A stretch of 64,000 nt of DNA from Spirochaetota bacterium. Its GTDB lineage: Bacteria > Spirochaetota > UBA4802 > JAFGDQ01. Location of the stretch: contig JAZDKB010000003.1 of the NCBI GenBank assembly GCA_043803405.1, positions 56,143-120,142 of the forward strand, given 5' to 3'. Below the pieces are notes generated by a model that made no database searches, was not told the DNA's origin, and saw only the letters and a list, made by a program, of their open reading frames with translations. The position numbers and the translations under genes were made by a program. Positions 27,943 to 37,895 of the stretch are shown in pieces (the stretch's first letter is position 1; each line of letters starts with the position of its first letter).

Positions 27943-28137
27943 TTATTCATTGCAAAAAGAATCCTCTTGCCGGTCTTTGCTGTTTTTTTTGCAATGGCTT
28001 TTTCTACATGCTTCGCATCTCTCATCGCTGCACATCTGACATTCAAAACAATCCTTGCAGTTATGCTTTCTTGGTTTAGTGGTCTCATCAGGCACAAAAA
28101 CCTTTCCTGTAAATCCGGGTATTTGTATGAAAGCCAT
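27943..28137 (-). CDS. Small Cys-rich protein (64 aa)
   Basis: AAGGA RBS before ATG 28137; MAFIQIPGFTGKVFVP...CKDCFECQMCSDERCEAC...C...C. Confidence 0.7.
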   Translation of the reverse strand: MAFIQIPGFTGKVFVPDETTKPRKHNCKDCFECQMCSDERCEACRKSHCKKNSKDRQEDSFCNE

Positions 28138-28187
28138 GCGTTTAATCCTTTTAAATAGAGTATAATTGCGTCCTGAAACCCGGTATA

Positions 28188-28241
28188 AATAATAGACTTG
28201 CTGCAAATCTAAAATGACAGGTTTGCAACAAGTCTATTATT
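28188..28241. mobile_element. MITE-like element, copy 2
   Basis: aataatagacttgctgcaaa / tttgcaacaagtctattatt (20 bp, 1 mismatch); core aaatgacag. Confidence 0.65.
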
Positions 28242-28497
28242 AAAGGTAATAAACGTAGTTACCTTCAGGCTTTAGAACATGTTTTGAATAAATAATAACA
28301 TAAATTAATATAATGGCATAATATTTTAATTAAAGCGATCTTAAATCAATTACAACCGCGTCATATATAATACCCACATGTATTCAAAATGCCCACCTAT
28401 ACATAATTCTTAAAAATCCATAAAAGATGCAATTTATTTCAAATATTTAAAAAATATGCTGGATAATTTTAATTGTCATATTTATTAATGGCTTACT

Positions 28498-29532
28498 ATG
28501 AATATAAAAATATATATCATATCAATTATACTTATTATTATTTGTTATAATAATCTTAACGCAGGTTTGCTTATAAACGAAATAGCCAGCGCAACAACGG
28601 GCGATGACTGGGTGGAACTATTTTATTACAGTCCGGATAAAGAATCAATGAATATATCCGGTTTATATGTAACAATGTATTACGGAGCGAATGAAAATCT
28701 TTCAGCTGATCCGGTTACAATCTATTCCTACGACAGGCCCGAAACGCCGTGGGACGACAGATTTGTTGTCATTCACTTTGCTGCTTCCGGAATGACGGAC
28801 GAGACGGACAATACCGGTGACACAAACCGGAACGGATGCATGGATCTTTACCGGAATATCTCGGCAGGGAACCTGTGGACTACAGACTGCGTTGTCGCAA
28901 TTGACGCAGATGATGATCCGAATAACGGCAATACAATCGATTTTGCTGCATACTCAAACAGGGATGGCTCTGTAAATGAAACAATCGAACAATACCTGAT
29001 CGCCGCGCAAAATATAAATCAATGGAACACTTGCCCGGGTAAAACAAGCCAGGAATGCATGATAGACATTGGCGTAAATACACTTGCTCCATACATGACA
29101 ATATCCAGAAAGAGCCCGGCTGATACCAATTCCCTTAATGACTTTTCAGTTACAAAATACATGACCCCCGGAAGGGAGAATATTTTAAGCGAGAATATTT
29201 CTTCAGGCAGAAATCTTTTTAAAACTATTAAGAACAAAATCAGCATAGGGCCGGAAAATTTTGCAAACGGCAATGTTAATATCGAATTATTTGTTTTTGA
29301 AGAATGCAATATCAGATTAAGGATATTCTCATCAATAGGCGTTCTAATATATGAATCGCCACTTTACACTAATACCGGCCCTGGCAATTTTCCTATAACG
29401 TGGGACATAAAAGGATCAGGCAAAAAAGCTGCTACGGGACTATACTTTGCGCAAATAGAAGCTACAAGAAAAGAACTAAAAAAATCTCAAGAGGAGAGAG
29501 TCTATGTAATAGTGAGCCAATATAAAAAATGA
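28498..29532 (+). CDS. Secreted lamin-tail-domain protein with C-terminal FlgD-Ig/T9SS-CTD-like domain
   Basis: Signal peptide, LLINEI...DWVELF, TPGREN; C-terminal LRIFSSIGVLIY...ITWD...ATGLYFAQIEA. Confidence 0.78.
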   Translation: MNIKIYIISIILIIICYNNLNAGLLINEIASATTGDDWVELFYYSPDKESMNISGLYVTMYYGANENLSADPVTIYSYDRPETPWDDRFVVIHFAASGMTDETDNTGDTNRNGCMDLYRNISAGNLWTTDCVVAIDADDDPNNGNTIDFAAYSNRDGSVNETIEQYLIAAQNINQWNTCPGKTSQECMIDIGVNTLAPYMTISRKSPADTNSLNDFSVTKYMTPGRENILSENISSGRNLFKTIKNKISIGPENFANGNVNIELFVFEECNIRLRIFSSIGVLIYESPLYTNTGPGNFPITWDIKGSGKKAATGLYFAQIEATRKELKKSQEERVYVIVSQYKK

Positions 29533-30851
29533 AAATTGCTTTAGCCCTGCTTCTGGCTAATACACTGAATCTTTCCTTTGAATACAAAGAGACAAATCCG
29601 TATTCTCTTTTCCCGTATAATTATGCCGTGTCCGATATTAATACGTTCGGGCATCTTTCCAATCCCGCTTACCTGCCTCTCTGGGAAGGGGCATACCTGA
29701 ACATGGACTACGCAAAACCGTACATGATGGATGAGCTGAACTCCGGCAACATCCGTGCCGGAAGCAATTTCGGGAACGCTGCCTTGCAGGCAGCCTGGAA
29801 CAGGTTCGGCATCCCAGAATACAACGAGGATGTTCTAGAAGGCAATCTCGGTTACAGGCTTGCGGGATTTTTAAGAGCCGGGCTGGGAGTATCTTACTAT
29901 CATATTAATATAAATACGGACACTATTAAATTCAATTACAGTACCGTTGATTTCAAATTATCCGCACTGCTTATACCGCTGGAATGGATCAATATTGGCT
30001 ACTTACAGGAAAATATATATTCGCTGCTCAGGAAAAATAGAACAAACGAAACCACAGTAGACTTTCTATATGCAAACCGCAGCATTGGCATAGCGTTAAA
30101 ACCCGCTAACGGTATTACATTTGCATACAACCTCAATAAAACATATTACACGTACATTAACAGCTTTTCAATGACTGCCAACATGTTGACGTGTCTCAGT
30201 CTTAAAGGAGGCTATTCCCGCGAAACTTCGACTTACTCTTTAGCTGTAAACATTATGTATAATAAATTTTCAGTATGCTACGGGCTTTCCCATCACACAT
30301 ATCTGGGCTTGACTCACAAACTCGGACTTACTGTTGCCTCAACTGAATTTTCGGTTGAAGAGATCAATTACAATAAAAGTTTAAGCAGACGCACTCTGCC
30401 TAAGAAAAAAAAGAGAGTAAATATTAATACATGTTCTCCTGAAGATATTATGGAAGCGAATCTGTTTAGAACGGAAATTATTGAAAGAATTATTAAATAC
30501 AGGGATCTGATAGGCCCCGTAAGCGAGAAAGCACTTATGCAAATCGGCGTTTCGGAAAAAGAATTAAACGACGTACGGGAACATATCACAGGCATAGCAG
30601 ACGATGCCGGAAAAAAGGAAAGCAAAAACTATAAGAAAGCTTCAAAAGCCGGTTACAACACAGATACAAGAAAACTGCTGTTCCAGAGGTTGCTGGAAAA
30701 CGGCCTGTCGGCAGGTACTGCTCTCAGAATAGCTGATATGGCAAAAACATCAGGCCGGGATGAAATTATACGTCAGGTAAAAGAACTCTCCGACATCGAT
30801 GAAGAAAAGAAAAAAAGAATAATTGAAACATGTACAAAATTACTGCAATAG
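29529..30851 (+). CDS. PorV/FadL-like beta-barrel fused to degenerate ComEA-type helix-hairpin-helix domain
   Basis: NPAYL, YAKPYMMDEL, alternating beta strands, HTYLGLTH; then RVNINTCSPEDI...IIERIIKYRDLIGP. Confidence 0.68.
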   Translation: MKIALALLLANTLNLSFEYKETNPYSLFPYNYAVSDINTFGHLSNPAYLPLWEGAYLNMDYAKPYMMDELNSGNIRAGSNFGNAALQAAWNRFGIPEYNEDVLEGNLGYRLAGFLRAGLGVSYYHININTDTIKFNYSTVDFKLSALLIPLEWINIGYLQENIYSLLRKNRTNETTVDFLYANRSIGIALKPANGITFAYNLNKTYYTYINSFSMTANMLTCLSLKGGYSRETSTYSLAVNIMYNKFSVCYGLSHHTYLGLTHKLGLTVASTEFSVEEINYNKSLSRRTLPKKKKRVNINTCSPEDIMEANLFRTEIIERIIKYRDLIGPVSEKALMQIGVSEKELNDVREHITGIADDAGKKESKNYKKASKAGYNTDTRKLLFQRLLENGLSAGTALRIADMAKTSGRDEIIRQVKELSDIDEEKKKRIIETCTKLLQ

Positions 30852-32440
30852 CATTATTTTTATTTGCCTGCATAAAAGCATACGCCGATATGCCGGTGGA
30901 TTTTGTTATTAAAAGCGAATATAAAAAGGATACTATCGAATATAATGACATTACCAGATATTATTACAGGGAAAGATTATCTATTTTATTTAGCGAAGAA
31001 AGTTCTTTAAATGTATCCTGTATTTATCTTAAGAAGGAGAAGGATAAGAAATACACATGGAATCTCTTATTAAAGGATATCTCGCCGTGCATGTCTTTTT
31101 ATCTGGGCAACTATTTCGTGAGCTTCGGTTCCGGCCTTCTGGCCGGAGCGAAAAGGACCTATGACCCGGACATATATTCAATTAAAATCAGCAACCCGGA
31201 AACCGCAGATATTAATAAAACATTCACTCCCTGCAACACAGGAAATCCGGTATTCGCTTTCAACGGAATTGCAGGATCGTCCAGACTTAAATTACAGGAT
31301 TTAAATTTATCTTTAAACGCTTTTTATTCGATTAAAGAAAGATTTATTGATGAAAACTCATACGAATCAAATCAAATATCAGGCACAATGGATACAGTTG
31401 ACGGCAAAATCGGAAAAGCTTACAACCAAAATGAACCGGTGGAGATCCAAACTTACGGGCTTATGTTATCAGCCGGGAGTTCGAATTCTATTTTACTTCA
31501 GACATATTTTCTGAATGCAAGTATTCACAGCAGATATAAAGAAGAGATTGTCTGGGAATACAATGAAGAATCCGGCGAATCAAACAGCATATCAAATTTA
31601 AACGGATTCGGATTATATGCGCAATACAAGGACGATTTTTTAAAAATTATACTTGATGGAGCCATGACCCAGAAAGAAACGTTGCATGAAGATAATACGA
31701 GAAACAAAGATAACGGCTTCGGGATATTATACAGCCTGAGATTCACTCCGCCGTTTGTGGCTATTGAGATTGCAGGGAAAGAGATGAACAGCTCATTTTA
31801 TTCTCCTTACGGTTCGTCTATCGGAGAGGATTACCCGGAGTCCGCCTGGTTCTTTAATACCGCAATTAAACCTTATTCAAATTTCATTCTTAACGCGAAA
31901 GCATCCTCTGAAAAGAAGAAAGCGCCTTCATCAACTGATAATACAATGCCTGTTATAAAAAAAGAAACCATTTCTCTTGCGTACTTTTTTGGAAAACTCG
32001 AAAAACTGGAGATCGCATTAAAGAGAACAGAAAAAACAAATGACGAAACAGTGAAAAACCAGCAGGTACAGGCTTCGACTAAGATAGCGATTACTGATGC
32101 GATAAAATCTCTTTTGTCGGGCACAACCGCGTGCAGACAGAATAATCCCTCAAAAATTCTTTCAGCAGGTTTTGAGTTATTAGTTGCAGGCTACATGAAA
32201 TTTTATATTCATTACATAGTTGCCAGTATTTCGGACAACTATACTTCATACATTGTTGTATCTCCCATCAGGGATTCATCAACCAAAGGATTTTTTATTA
32301 AAGAGGATTCAAATATCGTAGTAATTAAATCAGATATTGAAATTAAAAATATCTTTTTCTCATGCAGATATTTGTATCAATTTACACGTAGTCACTCATT
32401 GCATTCACGTCTGGAATTCATTGCCAGCGGCCTTTTTTAA
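30830..32440 (+). CDS. Predicted outer-membrane beta-barrel of the ComEA/HhH-associated type
   Basis: Signal peptide, LGNYFVSFGSGLL motif, amphipathic strands, terminal Phe. Confidence 0.62.
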   Translation: MYKITAIALFLFACIKAYADMPVDFVIKSEYKKDTIEYNDITRYYYRERLSILFSEESSLNVSCIYLKKEKDKKYTWNLLLKDISPCMSFYLGNYFVSFGSGLLAGAKRTYDPDIYSIKISNPETADINKTFTPCNTGNPVFAFNGIAGSSRLKLQDLNLSLNAFYSIKERFIDENSYESNQISGTMDTVDGKIGKAYNQNEPVEIQTYGLMLSAGSSNSILLQTYFLNASIHSRYKEEIVWEYNEESGESNSISNLNGFGLYAQYKDDFLKIILDGAMTQKETLHEDNTRNKDNGFGILYSLRFTPPFVAIEIAGKEMNSSFYSPYGSSIGEDYPESAWFFNTAIKPYSNFILNAKASSEKKKAPSSTDNTMPVIKKETISLAYFFGKLEKLEIALKRTEKTNDETVKNQQVQASTKIAITDAIKSLLSGTTACRQNNPSKILSAGFELLVAGYMKFYIHYIVASISDNYTSYIVVSPIRDSSTKGFFIKEDSNIVVIKSDIEIKNIFFSCRYLYQFTRSHSLHSRLEFIASGLF

Positions 32441-32667
32441 AAATTTACTATAAATAATTAATAAATTTATTATTATTATCATTTTTATTTGACTTTCGTG
32501 TTTTTTATATGTATTAGTATTATGTATAAGCCTGTTATTTATTAATAATTGACGATCTCTCAAGTAAAGAATAATTAATCCACATTCCCTATAAATAAAC
32601 AAGGAAATACATTCATTTTTTTTAATAATAATTATCTCAAATAATTTAAATTTGAAGGTAAATTTTA

Positions 32668-33027
32668 ATGAAAATAGATGTTCATAGAAATGAATATATC
32701 GTAAATATTAAATTAACCGGTAAATACGATATTGAAGAACTTCTCTTTTTCAGCACTCTCTTTACAGATGAAATAAGCAAGAAGCCTCCTGTTATTGCCC
32801 TGGATTTAGCACATTTAACCTATATTGACTCTTCAGGTATCGGCTCACTTATCAGATATATGAATATGGCTTTAAAAAAGAATATTGACTTTATTTGTTA
32901 TAATCTGAACGAGAATATTGAGAATATCTTTAAAATCTCAAAACTCGACCAGTTCCTGCCTATTTTATCCAATGAAGATTTTCAAAAAAAGTATAACAGC
33001 TTATCTACTGCAAGCAAAAATAATTAG
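32668..33027 (+). CDS. STAS domain anti-sigma factor antagonist
   Basis: LDLAHLTYIDSSGIGSLI, IFKISKLD. Confidence 0.92.
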   Translation: MKIDVHRNEYIVNIKLTGKYDIEELLFFSTLFTDEISKKPPVIALDLAHLTYIDSSGIGSLIRYMNMALKKNIDFICYNLNENIENIFKISKLDQFLPILSNEDFQKKYNSLSTASKNN

Positions 33028-33249
33028 TGTCCCAATCTATTTCCCCGGTATTCAATAAAATAAATCCTCTAAAAAATTATCCTGCATAAACAGATTATCC
33101 CGAATTATTTTTGAGAAATTATTATTAGAAAGCATGCCAGGATAACTCACTAATTTATAATTGACGAATTAGCATATAAATGCAATTGCATTCTATTTAA
33201 TTCAAATACAAAAAATTAATCGAGCTCAGTTCAGCTTTGGAGTAACAAT

Positions 33250-34227
33250 ATGTCAAGGATACTCTCCGGAATACAACCCTCAGGAAAACTTCACATAGGC
33301 AATTATTTTGGTATGATGAAGCCAATGATAGAATATCAGGAAAAACATGAACTTTTCTGTTTTCTGGCAAATTATCATGCTATGACCAGTTCGGAAGATG
33401 GAAACGTATTAAAAGAAAATACAATTGAAGCAGCTATTGACTTTCTTGCACTGGGGCTGGATCCGGGAAAGTGCCATTTCTGGGCTCAATCTGATATACC
33501 TGAAGTTACACAGCTGACATGGATATTGTCCTGCCATACTTCACTCGGGTTGCTTGAGAGAAGTCATAGCTACAAAGATAAAGTTGCACACGGGATTGTA
33601 CCGAATGCAGGTCTTTTTATATATCCTGTACTCATGGCTGCAGATATTCTGCTTTTTCAATCCGAGTTTGTGCCTGTAGGCAAAGATCAAAAACAGCACT
33701 TGGAAATAACAAGGGATATAGCGCAAAGTTTTAACTCAAAATTCGGTGAAACCTTTGTGATTCCAGAACCAAAAATATCTGAAGAATTGGCTCTGCTTCC
33801 CGGTCTTGACGGTCAAAAAATGTCCAAGAGTTATAATAATGCCATTTATATATTTGAAGAAGAAAAAGAATTAAGAAAAAAAATCATGAGAATTGTTACA
33901 GACTCAACACCGGTTGAAGCTCCGAAAGATCCGGATAAGTGCAACTTGTTTGCTTTATATAAACTCTTTGCCGATAGTAATAATATAGAAACAATGCGTG
34001 ACAAATACAAGGCCGGCGGTACCGGCTATGGTGAAGTTAAAAAAGAATTATTTGCTATAATTTGGGAATACTTCAAAAACGCAAGGGAGAAAAGAAAGCA
34101 TCTGGAGAAAAACAGGGATGAGATTTATAAAATACTGCAAAATGGAGCTGTAAAAACAAAAGTAATTGCAAGGAAAACCATGGATGACGTTGAAACGAAA
34201 GTCGGCCTTAAATATTATACCAGATAA
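33250..34227 (+). CDS. trpS: Tryptophan--tRNA ligase
   Basis: SGIQPSGKLHIGNY, YPVLMAADIL, VPVGKDQKQH, KMSKS. Confidence 0.98.
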   Translation: MSRILSGIQPSGKLHIGNYFGMMKPMIEYQEKHELFCFLANYHAMTSSEDGNVLKENTIEAAIDFLALGLDPGKCHFWAQSDIPEVTQLTWILSCHTSLGLLERSHSYKDKVAHGIVPNAGLFIYPVLMAADILLFQSEFVPVGKDQKQHLEITRDIAQSFNSKFGETFVIPEPKISEELALLPGLDGQKMSKSYNNAIYIFEEEKELRKKIMRIVTDSTPVEAPKDPDKCNLFALYKLFADSNNIETMRDKYKAGGTGYGEVKKELFAIIWEYFKNAREKRKHLEKNRDEIYKILQNGAVKTKVIARKTMDDVETKVGLKYYTR

Positions 34228-34373
34228 ATTGCACCTTTAAATGATTGCACTTTTTGTTTGTTTGTGTTATAAATCTTGAATCCTGAAAGCCAAACGCTAT
34301 GTCTGTTTTAAAAATTAGAAGAGTATCTGGTAAGCTGATGCTGTAAGAAATTGACGATTTGAACAAAAGCAGT

Positions 34374-36401
34374 ATGAATAAATATATATTAATATCAAAA
34401 AGAATAGCAGACTGCATATCCCTTCCAGATAATAAATCAACAAATATTACTGTAACAAAAAGTATTGACACTGCCATTAAAAATATATTACAAAACAAAA
34501 TAATTAACGGTCCTGTATATGCAGCAATATTTCTCCATGTTAGTGAATTAAAAAAGCTCTCAAATTTTTTAACCAGCAAGTATAATTATAATGAATTATT
34601 ATATGAAATAATAGTAATCGGCAAGGAAAAAGATCTTAAATTCCTGCAAAACAGCGCGCTTCAGCATATTTCCGATATTAAAACATCTTCCGTATCATCG
34701 ACCGAATTCGATCTTCTTGTCAGAAAAGCATTTTTGCATAGTGAAGGATTTCACAGATATAAAACCGAAATGAATAACAATATTCATGTGCTTCAGGATA
34801 TGCAGCAGGATCAGGAAGATCTGATCAATATCGGAAAATCTCTATCAACAATAAAAGATCCTGATGAACTGTTAAAAAATATCCTTATGATAAGTAAAAA
34901 GATTACATGCGCCGATGCAGGTAGTATTTATATTATAGAAGAAAATACAGCAGGAAAAAAATATTTAAGATTTAAATATTCACATACATTCAGCCGGCAG
35001 CTTCCCATGGAGGAGTTCACTCTTTCAATAAATAAAAATTCAATTGCAGGGTATGTAGCTGTAAAAGGCGAAGTGCTGAATATTCAGGATGCATATAACA
35101 TTCCGAAAAATGCGCCATATTCCTTCGACAATTCCTTTGACAAGCAGACAAATTATTTCTGCAGATCAATGCTCGTGGTACCCATGAGGAATCATATTGA
35201 TCAGATCATCGGGGTAATACAGCTTATTAATAGCAAAAAACTTCAGGATAATAAAATCTGTAAAAATGGAAACGAAGCTTTTAATATAAAACTAAGAATT
35301 CCCAAAGATTTTAATGAACTTGTCGTATCGTTCGATTCTCGATATGAGAGCCTGATGGAATCGGTTGCCGGTCAGGCTGCAATCGCAATAGAAAACAACC
35401 GGATGATAAAGCAAATACAGAACCAGTTTGAAGAGTTTATAAAAGCATCGGTAACGGCAGTCGAGTCAAGAGATATTGCCACATCAGGGCATTCATTCCG
35501 TGTCGCCGAAATCTGCAAAGAGATGGCCAGAGTAATAAGCAATAAAAACAGCGGTCCGTTTAAAGACATAAAATATACGAATACGGAAATTAAAGAGCTT
35601 GAATTCGCTGCATTGCTTCACGACTTCGGTAAAGTCTATATAGACATAAACATATTTAAAAAAGATAAAAAGTTATATCAAAAGGAATTTGAAAACCTTA
35701 TTTTAAAACTTAATTATTTTTATAAATTTATCGAATTAAGTTATGCATATAAGGAGACAAAGCAATCATTAAAAAATAAGAAAGATATACAGCTTAATAA
35801 AGAAGATAAATTAAAGAAAATCATTCAAATAAAAGACCGCATAACTTTACTGAATGAGCCTACTATTACCGAAAAAGATCCGGGCGAAATTTTAACAGAA
35901 ATTCAGAAGGAAATAAAAGGCATAAAATTATTCGATATAGACGGCAAAAAAATTAATCTTATCACAAAACATGAAAGGAGCAACCTTGAAATCCAGAGAG
36001 GCAGCCTTAATCCTGTTGAAAGAAAAGAAATCCAAAACCATGTTGTCCTCACGTATAATTTTGTAAGCAAAATTCCATGGCCGCCTGAATTTAAAAATAT
36101 TCCGAAGATTGTGCTTTATCATCACGAAATGCTTGACGGATCCGGATATCCCAAAGGGATTAAAGGGGATAAAATTCCGTTACAGGCACGGATAATGTCA
36201 ATTGCCGACATTTACGATGCTCTTATAGCAACCGACAGGCCGTATAAAAAATCCATTAAACATTCTACAGCTTTAAAAATATTGAAGGAAGAAGCTCTAA
36301 AGAACAGGCTGGATAGAAATTTGCTCGATATTTTCATTAAAGAAAAAATTTATAGAATAATCGATAAGAATACTTTTAAGTTAAAGATTTCAGAAAATTG
36401 A
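34374..36401 (+). CDS. GAF + HD-GYP c-di-GMP phosphodiesterase
   Basis: GAF (ADAGSIY, SIAGYVA, SMLVVPM), GHSFRVA, LLHDFGK, HHEMLDGSGYP, DRPYK. Start uncertain (34359 or 34374). Confidence 0.92.
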   Translation: MNKYILISKRIADCISLPDNKSTNITVTKSIDTAIKNILQNKIINGPVYAAIFLHVSELKKLSNFLTSKYNYNELLYEIIVIGKEKDLKFLQNSALQHISDIKTSSVSSTEFDLLVRKAFLHSEGFHRYKTEMNNNIHVLQDMQQDQEDLINIGKSLSTIKDPDELLKNILMISKKITCADAGSIYIIEENTAGKKYLRFKYSHTFSRQLPMEEFTLSINKNSIAGYVAVKGEVLNIQDAYNIPKNAPYSFDNSFDKQTNYFCRSMLVVPMRNHIDQIIGVIQLINSKKLQDNKICKNGNEAFNIKLRIPKDFNELVVSFDSRYESLMESVAGQAAIAIENNRMIKQIQNQFEEFIKASVTAVESRDIATSGHSFRVAEICKEMARVISNKNSGPFKDIKYTNTEIKELEFAALLHDFGKVYIDINIFKKDKKLYQKEFENLILKLNYFYKFIELSYAYKETKQSLKNKKDIQLNKEDKLKKIIQIKDRITLLNEPTITEKDPGEILTEIQKEIKGIKLFDIDGKKINLITKHERSNLEIQRGSLNPVERKEIQNHVVLTYNFVSKIPWPPEFKNIPKIVLYHHEMLDGSGYPKGIKGDKIPLQARIMSIADIYDALIATDRPYKKSIKHSTALKILKEEALKNRLDRNLLDIFIKEKIYRIIDKNTFKLKISEN

Positions 36402-36834
36402 TATACGGAATTCCTGTTGATGGATCAATTAAATTTGCATCTATCTCCAGCAAATGTTTTAATACAAATCCCCTGTTTTTTATTTCGGGATGGGGGATTG
36501 CAAGTGTCTGCGATTTAATAATCAGATCATCATATAACAGGATATCAATATCGATTATCCTTGGGCCTTTCAGAATCGTTTTTTTTCTTCCCAGTTTCTT
36601 TTCTATAGATTTAAATATTTTTAATAATTTTTCAGGCGGGATAGCAGTTTTAACAAGAATAATCTGATTTAAAAATAAGGGTTGATTTACATAATCTACT
36701 GGGTCGGTCTCTTCTATTGAGCTCTCTTTAACAAAGGTAATATCCGGCTTGCTTAAAAGTTCCAGGCGCGCCTTGTTTATATTGATAGCCCTGTCGCCAA
36801 GGTTGGAACCTAATCCAACATAAACAAGAGACAT
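36376..36834 (-). CDS. folK: 2-amino-4-hydroxy-6-hydroxymethyldihydropteridine diphosphokinase
   Basis: YVGLGSNLGDR, GPRIIDIDILL, IPHP...RGFVL. Confidence 0.96.
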   Translation of the reverse strand: MSLVYVGLGSNLGDRAININKARLELLSKPDITFVKESSIEETDPVDYVNQPLFLNQIILVKTAIPPEKLLKIFKSIEKKLGRKKTILKGPRIIDIDILLYDDLIIKSQTLAIPHPEIKNRGFVLKHLLEIDANLIDPSTGIPYINFLKSLT

Positions 36835-36836
36835 AT

Positions 36837-37682
36837 TTATAATTTATCCCTGTAATCCACTCCGGATAGCTCGATAATTTTGCACATCTCTTTTATTCTG
36901 GAAAGTATTCTTCCCTGCGATTTATCTTTAAATGATACAAAAGGATTATTGTTTGACGTAAATATCGTAAATTTAAGAGCTTCATATCTCGCATCAACAA
37001 GATTATAAAGCGTTTCAAGCTCCCAGTCCGAATCGCGTTGTACGCCGAAATCGTCAATAACCAGGACATCAACCTCGGCATATTCCCTCTCGATTAAATC
37101 AGCCTCTCCGTAAGAGGGCGAACTCTCGTTAAATGAAGCCTTAAGTCTATTAAAAAATGTCCGTGATATTTTTACAAACTTACTTTCAACAGCATGTCTT
37201 TTTACAAGCTCTGTTAAAATTATCGAGGAAAGAAGCGTTTTGCCGGTGCCTGGATTCCCCCATAAAAATAATCCTTTTTTAACATCCGGAAATGTCTGAA
37301 TTATATCGTAGGCGGCGGATTTTACCTGTTCGGTTATTCTGTTTAATACTTCGTAATTGTTTATAAACTTCCATTTGTACTTTTTATCAATTCCGGATTT
37401 TGAATAAATACTTTTAATCTTTTGAATCTTTAAATTAATATCGCGGCAAGTGCACTGAATTATTTTGCCGTTTTCGCTAAAATAATACGGGGGGACTCCT
37501 CCGCATTTGCAATTGCTGACTACGCATTTAGGGCATGGCATTATCGGCTCCATCCCCAGTTGCTCAAAATGTGGATCATGCACTATACCGGTAAAATCGC
37601 AGCTGAAACAAAAATTACTTTTAATATTTGTTCTAGTGTCCCAGTTCCTGAGTTTAATATTGTTCATTTTAATAGCGTTCAT
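36837..37682 (-). CDS. DnaC/DnaI/IstB-like AAA+ ATPase with Cys-rich N-terminus
   Basis: Walker A GNPGTGKT, Walker B VIDDFG, TIFTSN, RILSRI, GVDYR; N-terminal CxxC/CxC clusters. Confidence 0.88.
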   Translation of the reverse strand: MNAIKMNNIKLRNWDTRTNIKSNFCFSCDFTGIVHDPHFEQLGMEPIMPCPKCVVSNCKCGGVPPYYFSENGKIIQCTCRDINLKIQKIKSIYSKSGIDKKYKWKFINNYEVLNRITEQVKSAAYDIIQTFPDVKKGLFLWGNPGTGKTLLSSIILTELVKRHAVESKFVKISRTFFNRLKASFNESSPSYGEADLIEREYAEVDVLVIDDFGVQRDSDWELETLYNLVDARYEALKFTIFTSNNNPFVSFKDKSQGRILSRIKEMCKIIELSGVDYRDKL

Positions 37683-37895
37683 TTGGCCTTAATCCGGGTA
37701 AAAAGTATAATATCAAGAATTAATTAATCCTCCTTACAGCAGAGCCGTGAGGCAAATAAATAAATTCCGTAACCTTCCGCAGCAAAACTACATGGAATCA
37801 GACTCAAAGATATTGGAGATTCAAACATCCCGATAATATATAGGAGACATAACACTGTCAAGAAAATTAACAAAAAATAGCATTAAATCTAAAAA

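Noticed and set aside
27063..28206. Shared N-terminus MQQVYY in two ORFs as a possible leader peptide
   Set aside because: Artefact of TTG starts inside the MITE TIR; better ATG starts exist at 27062 and 28137.
33030..33249. T-box leader upstream of trpS
   Set aside because: No T-box consensus (AAGGTGGNACC-type) or terminator/antiterminator seen.
36837..37682. IS21 istB or prophage replication gene
   Set aside because: No istA, terminal repeats or phage genes; it is coupled to folK in a housekeeping context.
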